Shown here one piece after another: positions 1 to 8,295 of a stretch of DNA of 64,000 nt. Numbering within the stretch: position 1 is the stretch's first letter; every line of letters starts with the position of its first letter. The DNA comes from Candidatus Binatia bacterium (GTDB lineage: Bacteria; Desulfobacterota; Binatia; UBA9968), in contig JBGPGE010000003.1 in NCBI GenBank assembly GCA_041483675.1, positions 22,502 to 86,501 of the forward strand. Reading direction: 5' to 3'. Under the pieces are notes generated by a model. The model was given only the letters and a program-made list of their open reading frames with translations. It was not told the origin of the DNA and ran no database searches. Position numbers and translations under genes: made by a program.

Positions 1-686
1 GCCGCATTCCGGCGGCGATCCAAGGCGGCTTTGACGACTCGCACGTAGTCGGTTCGCGCCTGGCGGCGCACAATGCCCTGGTTGGCGGCATGGAGCCTCC
101 GTCGCAGGAGGACATCGGGTAAAAGTATGCTTTTGAGCCCGGTCTGTCGGGCACGCGCATACCAGTCGATGAATTCTCCGACCTGCCACCCGACCTCGAA
201 CGGACCGACGCGCGAGAAGGCCTCGCGCGTGACGAGCATCGTCGAGCAGGAATATCCCGGCATCGCTTCCGGCGGGCAATGGATTTTCTGCTTGGCCGCT
301 TCAGGTAGGTCCGGGCTGTGAAAATGGCGCACGTGTCCCAGGGCGATGTGCAATCCGGGGTCGCGGTCGAAAGCGGCCGTCTGAAGCGCGAGTTTGTCTT
401 CCGTCCACAGGTCGTCCGCATCGAGGAATGCCAGGTAGCGGCCCCGCGCTACCTCGGTGCCGCGATTGCGCGCCGCGCCGATGCCGGCGTGGGTTTGCGA
501 GCAGTAGCGAACGGGCGGGCCGAAGCGTCGAGCCGCTGGGTCGCTGTTATCCGTCGAGCCGTCGTCAACGACGATGATATCGAGCGGCCGATAGGTCTGC
601 CGGAGCGCGCTCTCGATCGCGTCGCCCAGATAACGCTCGCAGTTGTAAACCGGGATGATGACGCTCACCAGGGAATTGTTCTTCAC
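1..686 (-). CDS. Glycosyltransferase family 2 (partial; C-terminus runs off the window start)
   Basis: Reverse complement of ~600-686 translates V-K-N-N-S-L-V-S-V-I-I-P-V-Y-N-C-E-R-Y-L-G-D-A-I-E-S-A-L, the GT2 N-terminal signature. The + strand ORF 318..794 shows the same antisense 'VVNDDD...AVVNRDDDAH' pattern seen opposite the neighbouring GT2 genes. GTG start at 686 overlaps the stop of the upstream gene. No stop occurs before the window edge. Confidence 0.55.
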   Translation of the reverse strand, partial: MKNNSLVSVIIPVYNCERYLGDAIESALRQTYRPLDIIVVDDGSTDNSDPAARRFGPPVRYCSQTHAGIGAARNRGTEVARGRYLAFLDADDLWTEDKLALQTAAFDRDPGLHIALGHVRHFHSPDLPEAAKQKIHCPPEAMPGYSCSTMLVTREAFSRVGPFEVGWQVGEFIDWYARARQTGLKSILLPDVLLRRRLHAANQGIVRRQARTDYVRVVKAALDRRRNA

Positions 687-1393
687 GATCGCCGCTTCCT
701 CGACGGGACTTCGGCCGGTCTCAGTTTGCGCAGGCGTTCGATGGATGATTTTACAGCTCGCAAAAACTCCGAAGCCATAGGCCCGGTCTCGTAAGATTGG
801 TTCGAATCATGAAGGCGCCTGTAGAGGAGAACTTCAGGGAGAACGGTTAATGGCATCCCGGCCTGTTTGGCGCGAAAAAACCAGTCCGTGTCGTTGGCGA
901 CCCGATAACTAGGATCAAAATCACCGACGACTTTGAAAGCCGACTTCCGCGCCGTCAGAGCGCCGACAATCATGGTCGCAGACTCCGTCACCAGGAGGTC
1001 TTTTCTCTTCGGCGGTCGCGTTCCCGGCTCGATAAAATTGCGCATTTTGGCGGAGACATAGGGGATGTCGGGGTGATCAAGGAGATAGCCGATCTGCGCG
1101 CTCAATTTATGAGGCGCCCACAGATCGTCTGCGTCGAGAAAGGCGATAAACTCTCCGGAAGCGGCAGCGAGCCCGGCGTTCTTAGCCTTGCCGTGGCCCT
1201 GGTTGGCTTGATAGATGTAGCGCACCTCTTGATAGGATTTGGCGATCTCGGCAGTCCCGTCGACGGAACCGTCGTCAACGACAATTACCTCCAGAGGGCG
1301 ATAGTCCTGGGCAAAGATGCTGTCGAGCGCGGCCGCCAGGAAGCGCTCGCCGTTGTAAACCGGCACAACCACGCTCACTAGAGGCCCTTTCAT
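683..1393 (-). CDS. Glycosyltransferase family 2
   Basis: N-terminus VSVVVPVYNGERFLAAALDSIFAQDYRPLEVIVVDDGSVDGT and a DADD motif are typical GT2/GT-A features. Confidence 0.85.
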   Translation of the reverse strand: MKGPLVSVVVPVYNGERFLAAALDSIFAQDYRPLEVIVVDDGSVDGTAEIAKSYQEVRYIYQANQGHGKAKNAGLAAASGEFIAFLDADDLWAPHKLSAQIGYLLDHPDIPYVSAKMRNFIEPGTRPPKRKDLLVTESATMIVGALTARKSAFKVVGDFDPSYRVANDTDWFFRAKQAGMPLTVLPEVLLYRRLHDSNQSYETGPMASEFLRAVKSSIERLRKLRPAEVPSRKRRS

Positions 1394-2176
1394 CTATTCG
1401 GTTTCCCCACCGTCTTCGACGCTGCCGGGCAGTTTCATCGCGGACCCTCTTTGGTAATAGGGCAGCCCGGGTAGGGACTCGGCTACGCCGTCATTCCGCT
1501 GCCGGCGGCGATCCAGCGACTGCTTGAACATCCTCATCATATAATGGTCGTTTAACTCTCTTCGATTCGTCAGGTTGTGTTCGTGCCGTCGGTAAAAGAG
1601 GACAACCTCCTGGTTCATCGCCATCGACACGCGCAGCTCGCGGGCGCGCATAAACCAATCCCAGTCGTCCTGGTATCGCAGCGTCTCATCAAAAAGACCG
1701 ACCTTCTCAAACACGGATTTTCTGAAGAGCGCCGCCCCCACATCGAGGCTAATGACCGGCTCCGAGGAGCTTTCATGTTTGGGTCTGCCGTCGATGACGT
1801 CGCTCGACTGTATAATCCGTTTGCGTCCCACGATGATTTCGATGGACGGCTCGTTAACCAGGCGCGCGAGCTGGCGTGCCAGCTTCGTTTCAGGCCACAG
1901 GTCGTCGGCATCCAGGAAGGCGATCACGTCTCCCTTCGCCATTTTCAAGCCGCGGTTGCGGGCCGCCGGCGGGCCGCTGTTTTCTTGGAAAACGTACCGG
2001 ATATTCCGAAAGCCGCCGGCGACTTTAGCGCTGTCGTCGGTCGAGCCGTCGTCGACGACGATGATCTCCAGCGGCTCGTAGGCCTGCCGCAGGATGCTCT
2101 CGATCGCTTCCGCCAGGAAGGCTGCGCCGTTATAGACGGGGATTATCGCGCTGACGGGAACCGGTTTCGTAGGCAT
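1394..2176 (-). CDS. Glycosyltransferase family 2
   Basis: VSAIIPVYNGAAFLAEAIESILRQAYEPLEIIVVDDGSTDDS and LDADD (DXD) motifs. Its stop abuts the previous gene's start. Confidence 0.85.
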   Translation of the reverse strand: MPTKPVPVSAIIPVYNGAAFLAEAIESILRQAYEPLEIIVVDDGSTDDSAKVAGGFRNIRYVFQENSGPPAARNRGLKMAKGDVIAFLDADDLWPETKLARQLARLVNEPSIEIIVGRKRIIQSSDVIDGRPKHESSSEPVISLDVGAALFRKSVFEKVGLFDETLRYQDDWDWFMRARELRVSMAMNQEVVLFYRRHEHNLTNRRELNDHYMMRMFKQSLDRRRQRNDGVAESLPGLPYYQRGSAMKLPGSVEDGGETE

Positions 2177-2179
2177 CGT

Positions 2180-3259
2180 CTAACTCCGAGCCAGCACCCC
2201 GAGGATGATGTCGGGCATTTTGCCCGCGTCGGTTCCGAGTTGCAAGTGATAACAAGGGACCTGTTTCACGACCGCGGCCATCGCCGCCAGCGCCGCATCG
2301 CCCGCGCCCGATAGCTGAAAGAGAGTGCTCGGAGCGAGGGCCTTGAGCGCGGCGGCGGGCGACGCCGGCTTCCAGGCGCTCTCCCGCTTATCCGTGATGC
2401 TCGGCAGGAGGATCGCGCGAACCGGAAAGCCGGACACGATGTTTTCCGGGTAAAGTTTGTGCAGAAAGAAAAGCGCTTTTTCCGAATCAAGACGTTCCGC
2501 ATTGCTAATGGTCGGCGCGAGATGCGGAAATCTCTGTATGCCGTCCGCGTCCAGCTTGGCCGAGTTATAGATGCTGAAGACGTGGGGAGAGGGATCGTGC
2601 GCCAGCAGGCAATAGTCGTCACTGACGTAGCGTAGCTTCGAGCGCAAGCATGCCAGCGCGGTGGTAGACTTTCCTGAGCCGCCTTTGCCGACGATCAGGG
2701 CGCCCCCCGCCGCCGTTCCTACCGCGGCGGCATGAATCAACTGCCGGCCGTGGTCCCGCATCCACCAATGAAAGATGGCTCGCAGCGGCGCGCCGCTTTC
2801 ATAATAGGGCAGCCGGCCGGCGTCGCGGACCCAGAAAAACGCCAGGTCGCGCTCCCGATCGAGAACACTGAGCGCATCGGCCCCGAAATGGAAAGCCGTC
2901 TGAATGCGCCGATCGCTGTAACCGCGCACGTCTCCGCGCGAGATGTAATCGGAAGTGGACCAGGGAGGGGAAGGCATTCGGGTCTGCGTTGAGGCGCTGT
3001 CCCATAGACAGACGGTCAAGACGGGGGCCGAGCTCGGCGGAATCGCCAGGTGTTCTAAGGCCGGCGTGAGGAGCGACAAGAGAGCGGGGCCAGCGAAGCG
3101 CAGACGAATGACGGAGCCGCCGATCCTGTAGAATTGCTCTATCGGCTCTCCGGTTGTCGCCTCGGCGCGCTGAAAGGTTCGGGAGACGGTTTCAAAAAAT
3201 TCCGCAGCGTCGTCCCTGGTGGTCTCGGGAGCGACGGACGGCACTACGGCGCTAGTCAT
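2180..3259 (-). CDS. HprK-related serine kinase (HPr kinase C-terminal-domain-like, P-loop)
   Basis: Walker-A-like GALIVGKGGSGKSTTALACL followed by YVSDDYCLL resembles the HPr kinase/phosphorylase C-terminal domain fold. The ATG at 3259 overlaps the upstream PqqD gene's stop. Confidence 0.7.
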   Translation of the reverse strand: MTSAVVPSVAPETTRDDAAEFFETVSRTFQRAEATTGEPIEQFYRIGGSVIRLRFAGPALLSLLTPALEHLAIPPSSAPVLTVCLWDSASTQTRMPSPPWSTSDYISRGDVRGYSDRRIQTAFHFGADALSVLDRERDLAFFWVRDAGRLPYYESGAPLRAIFHWWMRDHGRQLIHAAAVGTAAGGALIVGKGGSGKSTTALACLRSKLRYVSDDYCLLAHDPSPHVFSIYNSAKLDADGIQRFPHLAPTISNAERLDSEKALFFLHKLYPENIVSGFPVRAILLPSITDKRESAWKPASPAAALKALAPSTLFQLSGAGDAALAAMAAVVKQVPCYHLQLGTDAGKMPDIILGVLARS

Positions 3260-3719
3260 CGTCTTTGGGAGAGGGCGGTTTAGTGTTGGGCCAGCCCGTT
3301 TCGTCGACTTGGTGAATCGGATCGAGCAGGATCAGCTCCTGCATGTCGGTAAATTTCTCCAGGTGAGGTGGCTGGAAAGCGCTTTTTTCGCTTGGGGGCG
3401 CCGCATGCGCGCGCCCTTCCGGGCGGTCTCCGAGCTCCCGCTCTCCGTCGGCGACGATCAGATTTTCCAGCTCCAGCTCGGCTATCAGGCGATGGACGCC
3501 GTCCTCGATCTCCGGGCGGCTACCCTCGTAGCGGCCGGCGATGGCCTCGACAATTTCGCCGAGGGCGGCGCTTGCTCCAATGATCCCCCAGATATCGGCT
3601 CCCGCCCCGTTCAGACTGTAATAGCTGCCCGTATCGAAGTTGATGATCACCACTTCGTCGTCGAACGCTTCATCAATGACTTTAGGCCGGTTGATTCGAA
3701 AACGTTTGGCCGACAGCAT
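3252..3719 (-). CDS. PqqD-family protein (RiPP recognition element-like peptide chaperone) with C-terminal extension
   Basis: Core INRPKVIDEAFDDEVVIINFDTGSYYSLNGAGADIWGII matches the PqqD fold signature. The internal ATG at 3719 is preceded by GGAGGA 8 nt upstream. A ~60 aa acidic/proline-rich tail follows. Confidence 0.7.
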   Translation of the reverse strand: MLSAKRFRINRPKVIDEAFDDEVVIINFDTGSYYSLNGAGADIWGIIGASAALGEIVEAIAGRYEGSRPEIEDGVHRLIAELELENLIVADGERELGDRPEGRAHAAPPSEKSAFQPPHLEKFTDMQELILLDPIHQVDETGWPNTKPPSPKDDD

Positions 3720-3879
3720 GCCCCGTTCCTCCCGTCTTGGCGGAATATATATCGGGGATAGTGGCAGGGCAAGGGCGAAGAGGCGCAAGGGGGAGATTCA
3801 CCAGGAGGCGGTTTCATTGTTGTCGCGGGCGGAGGTGTGGGGAGTCGTTTGCGCAAGCGCCAGGCGCCGGGCGGGCCGG

Positions 3880-5100
3880 TCAGGACATCGCCTCAACGAA
3901 CCGGACCAGGGCGCGAACGTCGTGGTAGTTTCCTTTCCACGAGTGCGCCAGGCCCGTCGCCTTCGGCTTCCCGTCGGCTGTCACCGTGTCGAGCCAGATT
4001 CCCGTCCCGGCGTCGACCTGGTGACGCGCGACGAAGTCCAGCAATTGCCGCAGCGCCTTGATATACGCCCGGTCGCCCGGACGATTTCGCAGTCCATCGG
4101 TCAGGGCCGCGAGCATCTCCGCCTGCACCCACCAAACCTTGTCGGTGTCGCTCGCCGGCCCGTTCCCGTCCCCGCGCTTGAAGACGCCGCCGCGCTCGGA
4201 GTCGGCGCCCCAACGCAGGGTGTGTTCGAGATACGCGTGGAAGTGCGCCCACGCGGGCCGGATCCCCAGGACCTCGACGGCCCGCACCATCAGCCAGGCG
4301 AACTCGACGTTGTGCCCGTAGCTGAGGCCGGCGCTCCGCCGGTCGGTTACCGCCTGCCAGTCCGGCTGGAAATGGAACGCCGACCTGGCCGGTTCCGGCG
4401 GATAAAAGTAGGTGCGATTCAGCTCCAGCGACTCCACCAGCGCGGCGCGCACGGCGCCGTCCCGGCTCTCCGCATACAGCTCGGTGAACGCTTCCATCAA
4501 GTGCACGTGCGTGTTGGCGCTCTTGTACCCAGCGACTTCGACGGTCGCCTTCGGGTCCCGCTTCGCCAGCGGCTTCCAGTCCCGCTCGAAATGCTCGTTC
4601 CAGCCGCGGTTCCTCGCGTCGTGCGCCCGCTCCTGCACCAACCGGAACAACTCCAGCGCGTCACTCAACGCCGACCGCTCTCGGGTAGCCCGGTAATACT
4701 CGACCAACGCGTAGATCACGAAGGCCTGGCCATAGAGCAGCTTGCCCGGGTTCAAAGGCTTGCCGTCCGGCGTGACCGAGAAGAAATAACCGCCGTTGTC
4801 CGGGTCGTGCATCCGCGCGCGCAGAAATTCCACCCCATGCGCCGCAGCCTTCCGGTAATCGCGCCGGTCGTCGCCGTAGCCCTTGCGGTGCGCCAGCGAG
4901 AATCCCCAGACCAGCCGCGCCTGCGTGACCACCTGCTTCTCCACCGGCGTCGTCCGGCCCCGGACCGCGTCGTCCGACAAGGCGTACCCGCCACCAAACG
5001 GATCTACCGTGGTGTCGTGCCAGTAGGGCAGCACCCGCTCTCTCAGGTCCTGCCGGATGAACTCGGCATCCACGCCAAATGATGGCAAGTTATTTTTCAT
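3880..5100 (-). CDS. AGE-superfamily (N-acylglucosamine 2-epimerase / cellobiose 2-epimerase / YihS-like) sugar epimerase-isomerase
   Basis: Alpha6/alpha6-barrel family motifs: LPYWHD, GGGY, LYGQAFVIYALVEYYRAT, VWWVQAEMLAAL. ATG MKNNLPSF at 5100. Confidence 0.7.
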   Translation of the reverse strand: MKNNLPSFGVDAEFIRQDLRERVLPYWHDTTVDPFGGGYALSDDAVRGRTTPVEKQVVTQARLVWGFSLAHRKGYGDDRRDYRKAAAHGVEFLRARMHDPDNGGYFFSVTPDGKPLNPGKLLYGQAFVIYALVEYYRATRERSALSDALELFRLVQERAHDARNRGWNEHFERDWKPLAKRDPKATVEVAGYKSANTHVHLMEAFTELYAESRDGAVRAALVESLELNRTYFYPPEPARSAFHFQPDWQAVTDRRSAGLSYGHNVEFAWLMVRAVEVLGIRPAWAHFHAYLEHTLRWGADSERGGVFKRGDGNGPASDTDKVWWVQAEMLAALTDGLRNRPGDRAYIKALRQLLDFVARHQVDAGTGIWLDTVTADGKPKATGLAHSWKGNYHDVRALVRFVEAMS

Positions 5101-5274
5101 GTGCCGACCCCGAAGCCACAGGAATTGCGCGCGATACCACGGGCCAGCCCGGCTTCGAGCGGCGCAAGCCCTACTCGCCGGCCGGGAGTTTTGTACCACG
5201 TACTATGTTCGTAAGCCCTGTGCAAGCAGCTGGAGAAGGAGCTGCAACGCCTCTAGCATGGAAGCGGGAACAGG

Positions 5275-5303
5275 TTGACATATTCCGTGCTTATCGGATA
5301 CTT
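5275..5303 (+). promoter_or_regulatory. Candidate sigma70-like promoter (TTGACA-N17-ATACTT) upstream of Trm112/heptosyltransferase operon
   Basis: TTGACA at 5275-5280, a 17-nt spacer, then ATACTT. It lies in a 300-bp divergent intergenic region. Confidence 0.3.
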
Positions 5304-5396
5304 TTCTTGCAGTGTCTGAGGCTGGACGCTCTTTGGCGAGACGGGTGGCAGCGTCCCGGGAGCGAGCAGTCGTCGTTTACAACGGAGGCGATCCCG

Positions 5397-5567
5397 ATGC
5401 CGATCAGTCAAGAGTTGTTGGAGATTCTGGCCTGCCCGAAATGCAAGGGCGAGATCCATCTGAACGCGGCGGCGAGCGGACTTGTCTGCGACGCCTGTCG
5501 CCTGGTCTATCCCATACGGGACGAAATCCCCGTCATGCTCATCGACGAAGCGGGCAAACTGGATTGA
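5397..5567 (+). CDS. Trm112/YcaR family small protein (UPF0434)
   Basis: MPISQELLEILACPKCKGEIHLNAAASGLVCDACRLVYPIRDEIPVMLIDEA is the Trm112-like zinc-ribbon signature. GGAGG lies 7 nt upstream of the ATG. Confidence 0.75.
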   Translation: MPISQELLEILACPKCKGEIHLNAAASGLVCDACRLVYPIRDEIPVMLIDEAGKLD

Positions 5568-5650
5568 GCGGCCGCCGGCCGTCAACCATCAGCGGTCAGC
5601 CACGAGCCGAGACGCGCGATCTCGCAAGGAACGCTGGAAGCTGGACGCTT

Positions 5651-6745
5651 ATGGCCGGGACTGAAAAAATTCTTTTGGTTCAAACCAGCTTTCTCGGCGA
5701 CCTGGTCCTGACCACGCCGCTCCTCGCCGAAATTCGCCGCCGCTTCCCCCGCGCGCTGATCTCGCTCTTATGCCGCCGCGAGTTGAGCGACGTTTTGGCC
5801 GCCGATCCGGAGATTCACGAAATTATTGCCTACGACAAGCGGGGCCCTCGCGGCGGATGGACCGGTTTATGGCGCATGGCGCAAGAGCTTCGCGCGCGAG
5901 GCTTCGACCTGGCTTTGTCGGTCCATAAGTCGCTGCGCACGGCGTTGCTGTTGTTTCTCGCCGGGATTCCTCGGCGCGTCGGCTTCCGGCAGAGCGCCGG
6001 GTGGTTTCTTTATCACCTGAGGCCGAGGCGCGCCGCCGCGGGCCATGACGTGGAACGGAGCCTGTCGCTTCTGAGCGCCGTCGAGATCGCTCCGCCAACC
6101 GCGAACCCAGCGCTGCGCGTCGAAGTGAGTGCCCAAGTGCGAGCCGACGTCGAGCGGATATTTCGCGCCAGCGGGATCAGCGGCGACGGAATGATTTTCG
6201 GCGTCAATCCCGGTTCGGTCTGGGCGACCAAGCGATGGACGCCCGAGGGCTACGCGGAGCTGATCCGCCGGTTGCGCGAGAGTTACGGCGGCGAGGTCCT
6301 GCTGTTTGGCGGTCCCGACGATCGCGAGGTGGTCGATCGAATTCTCGATCTTTCGAATCACGGGGGCACGAGCCTCGTCGGAAAAATCGGTCTCCGCGAG
6401 CTTGCCGGGGCCATCGAGCGCTGCCGGGTTTTTATCACCAATGACAGCGGACCGATGCATATCGCGGTCGCGCGCGGCGTTCCCACGGCCGCGATCTTCT
6501 GCGCGACAACTCGAGAGCTGGGGTTTTATCCTTACAGCGCCAACGCCGTGGTCATCGAGAAATCGCTGTCGTGCCGCCCCTGCGCGCCTCACGGCGGGCT
6601 CAGATGCCCGCTCGGGACCGAGGACTGCATGCGTTTGATCTCCGCCGACGACGTGATGCGCGGCGTGGATCTATTGTTGAACTCCGATCGCCGCGGGGAA
6701 GCCGGGGGGGGCGATTCCCGGTTTCCCCGGATCCTCGCTGTTTAG
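5651..6745 (+). CDS. ADP-heptose:LPS heptosyltransferase (GT9)
   Basis: KILLVQTSFLGDLVLTTPLLAEIRRRFP N-terminus and C-terminal GPDD...ITNDSGPMHIAVARGVPTAAIFCAT are GT9 heptosyltransferase motifs. Confidence 0.8.
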   Translation: MAGTEKILLVQTSFLGDLVLTTPLLAEIRRRFPRALISLLCRRELSDVLAADPEIHEIIAYDKRGPRGGWTGLWRMAQELRARGFDLALSVHKSLRTALLLFLAGIPRRVGFRQSAGWFLYHLRPRRAAAGHDVERSLSLLSAVEIAPPTANPALRVEVSAQVRADVERIFRASGISGDGMIFGVNPGSVWATKRWTPEGYAELIRRLRESYGGEVLLFGGPDDREVVDRILDLSNHGGTSLVGKIGLRELAGAIERCRVFITNDSGPMHIAVARGVPTAAIFCATTRELGFYPYSANAVVIEKSLSCRPCAPHGGLRCPLGTEDCMRLISADDVMRGVDLLLNSDRRGEAGGGDSRFPRILAV

Positions 6746-6754
6746 TCGGTCGTC

Positions 6755-7519
6755 ATGTCCACCGTCGGCGTTGTTATTTTCAGCACCGCGAGCATGAAGC
6801 ATCTGGCCGAATGTCTGAAGAGCGTGGCCTGGGCGGATGAGATTGTGCTGCTTCACGCGGGCGCGACGCCGCCGGAGCTGCCAACCGCCGCGGGCCGGCC
6901 GATCGAGTTGAAGACAGCGCCCTCCCTGGCAGAAGCCGCCGCCGCGTGCGATGAGATCGGCAGCGAGTGGGTATTGAGCCTGTGGGGCGATGAGCGCGTG
7001 GAGCCGGAACTCAGGGAGGAACTGCAGGCGTTGCGCCAAGCCGAGTTTAGGGACGGTGGATCGACCTACCGGATTCCGATTCGCTCTTATCTCCTGGGGG
7101 GATGGGCGGTCGGCAGCGTCTCGGGCGCAAGTCCCGCGTTACGGCTTCGTCGAAAGAGCGGGAGCGCGGGGACCGGCTCGCGAATCGATATCGAAGAGGC
7201 AAAAGTCTTGCGGCGCGGTTGGATCGAAGACTATTCCTGCGCGGAGTTGGATCGCGCGGTCGATTACGTCCAGCTTCTCAGCGACTTTTGGGCGCGCCGG
7301 CCGGGGGTCATGAGATCGACGCCCGGCGGGATGCGGGCGGCGCTTGGTTCGCTGCGGGTTTTTTTTCGCATACTCTTCGCCAACGGGATATTTTTTCGCG
7401 GGCTGGCGGGGGTCGCGCTGGCGGCGCTGGCCGGCTATGCGGTGCTGCTGTCGGAGGCGAAATTGTGGGAAGCGAGATACGCGGCGGCGCGGGAAAGCGC
7501 GTCTAAAAGGGCGCCATGA
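6755..7519 (+). CDS. GT2-like protein, paralog of the WaaE-like LPS core glycosyltransferase with degenerate catalytic motifs
   Basis: Collinear with the GT2 at 30428..31216. VVIFSTASMKHLAECLKSVAWADEIVLL aligns to IVVCFNEEANIGRCLESLKWCDEIVVV, and the C-terminal amphipathic/TM tail RILFANGIFFRGLAG aligns to SYVLKRGFLEGFPGF. DSD/DXD are replaced by HAG and WGDE. Confidence 0.6.
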   Translation: MSTVGVVIFSTASMKHLAECLKSVAWADEIVLLHAGATPPELPTAAGRPIELKTAPSLAEAAAACDEIGSEWVLSLWGDERVEPELREELQALRQAEFRDGGSTYRIPIRSYLLGGWAVGSVSGASPALRLRRKSGSAGTGSRIDIEEAKVLRRGWIEDYSCAELDRAVDYVQLLSDFWARRPGVMRSTPGGMRAALGSLRVFFRILFANGIFFRGLAGVALAALAGYAVLLSEAKLWEARYAAARESASKRAP

Positions 7520-8295
7520 CGGCATCGGCCTGGTTCTGGGGCGAGCTGCCCGACGGGTTCAAGAGAGTTGACTCGCCTCCGGCGCGGATTGCGGTTGTGC
7601 GGCGGGATCTCGCGGCCCTTATTCCCCTAACCGCGCTGTTCGCGCAGGGGGAAACAATGCCGGAGGAAAGCCGCTTTGTCGGGAGAGCCAGGCTCGGTCT
7701 CGTGCGCCTCGCGAACGGCGAAGAGGTGTTGCTCAGGCCCTACCGTCATGGCGGGCTGCTGCGCGGTTTGACCCGTGGGATTTTCTGGACCTGGCCGCCT
7801 CGCCCGCTGAGGGAGCTCGCGGTCACGGAAGCGGCGCGCCTGAGAGGGGTGCCGACCTCCGAAATCGTGGCCGCTCTGGTGGAGCGGGTCGCCGGGCCGC
7901 TTTACCGCGGGTGGCTTGTGATTCGAGCGCTCCAAGGCGCGCGCGATCTATGGAGCGCCCTGCAAGGGCATGAGTTCGCCGGCGCCGGCGGTAAATCGGA
8001 GATGATTCGCGCCGCGGCCCAAGCGGTGCGAGAGATGCACCGAAAGGGCGTGTGTCACGGAGATCTCAACCTTAAAAATATCCTGATTCGGGCGGAGGGC
8101 GGCGGACTTAAGGCCTACGTGATCGATCTGGACAAGGCGAGTCTCTACCCGCACGAGGTGCCGGCGCGAAAAGCCCGGGCCAACCTCGCGCGGCTGCACC
8201 GTTCGGTTTGCAAGCTGGACCCGCAGCGATCGCGCCTATCGGCGGCCGACTGGGAGTCGCTCCTTCGCCGCTACCGAAGCGCTCAGCCAGCATGA
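7516..8295 (+). CDS. Lipopolysaccharide kinase (Kdo/WaaP family)
   Basis: Catalytic loop CHGDLNLKNILI and DLDKA (DFG-like) match the protein-kinase-like fold of LPS core kinases. The gene is flanked by heptosyltransferases. Confidence 0.75.
   Translation: MTASAWFWGELPDGFKRVDSPPARIAVVRRDLAALIPLTALFAQGETMPEESRFVGRARLGLVRLANGEEVLLRPYRHGGLLRGLTRGIFWTWPPRPLRELAVTEAARLRGVPTSEIVAALVERVAGPLYRGWLVIRALQGARDLWSALQGHEFAGAGGKSEMIRAAAQAVREMHRKGVCHGDLNLKNILIRAEGGGLKAYVIDLDKASLYPHEVPARKARANLARLHRSVCKLDPQRSRLSAADWESLLRRYRSAQPA

Noticed and set aside
73-794. Plus-strand ORFs 73-321 and 318-794 at the window start
   Set aside because: Their translation is the characteristic antisense of a GT2 gene. The minus strand encodes a GT2 N-terminus starting at 686, so the minus-strand partial gene is preferred.
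3640-5082. Long + strand ORF (480 aa), and similar long antisense ORFs such as 10679-11773, 25010-26245, 27104-28486, 34933-36279, 48102-49313, 49681-50709, 51269-52825 and 61438-62451
   Set aside because: Each lies antisense or out of frame to a gene with clear conserved-domain signatures. Their translations are low-complexity Arg/Pro/Gly-rich, which is typical of spurious open frames in high-GC DNA.
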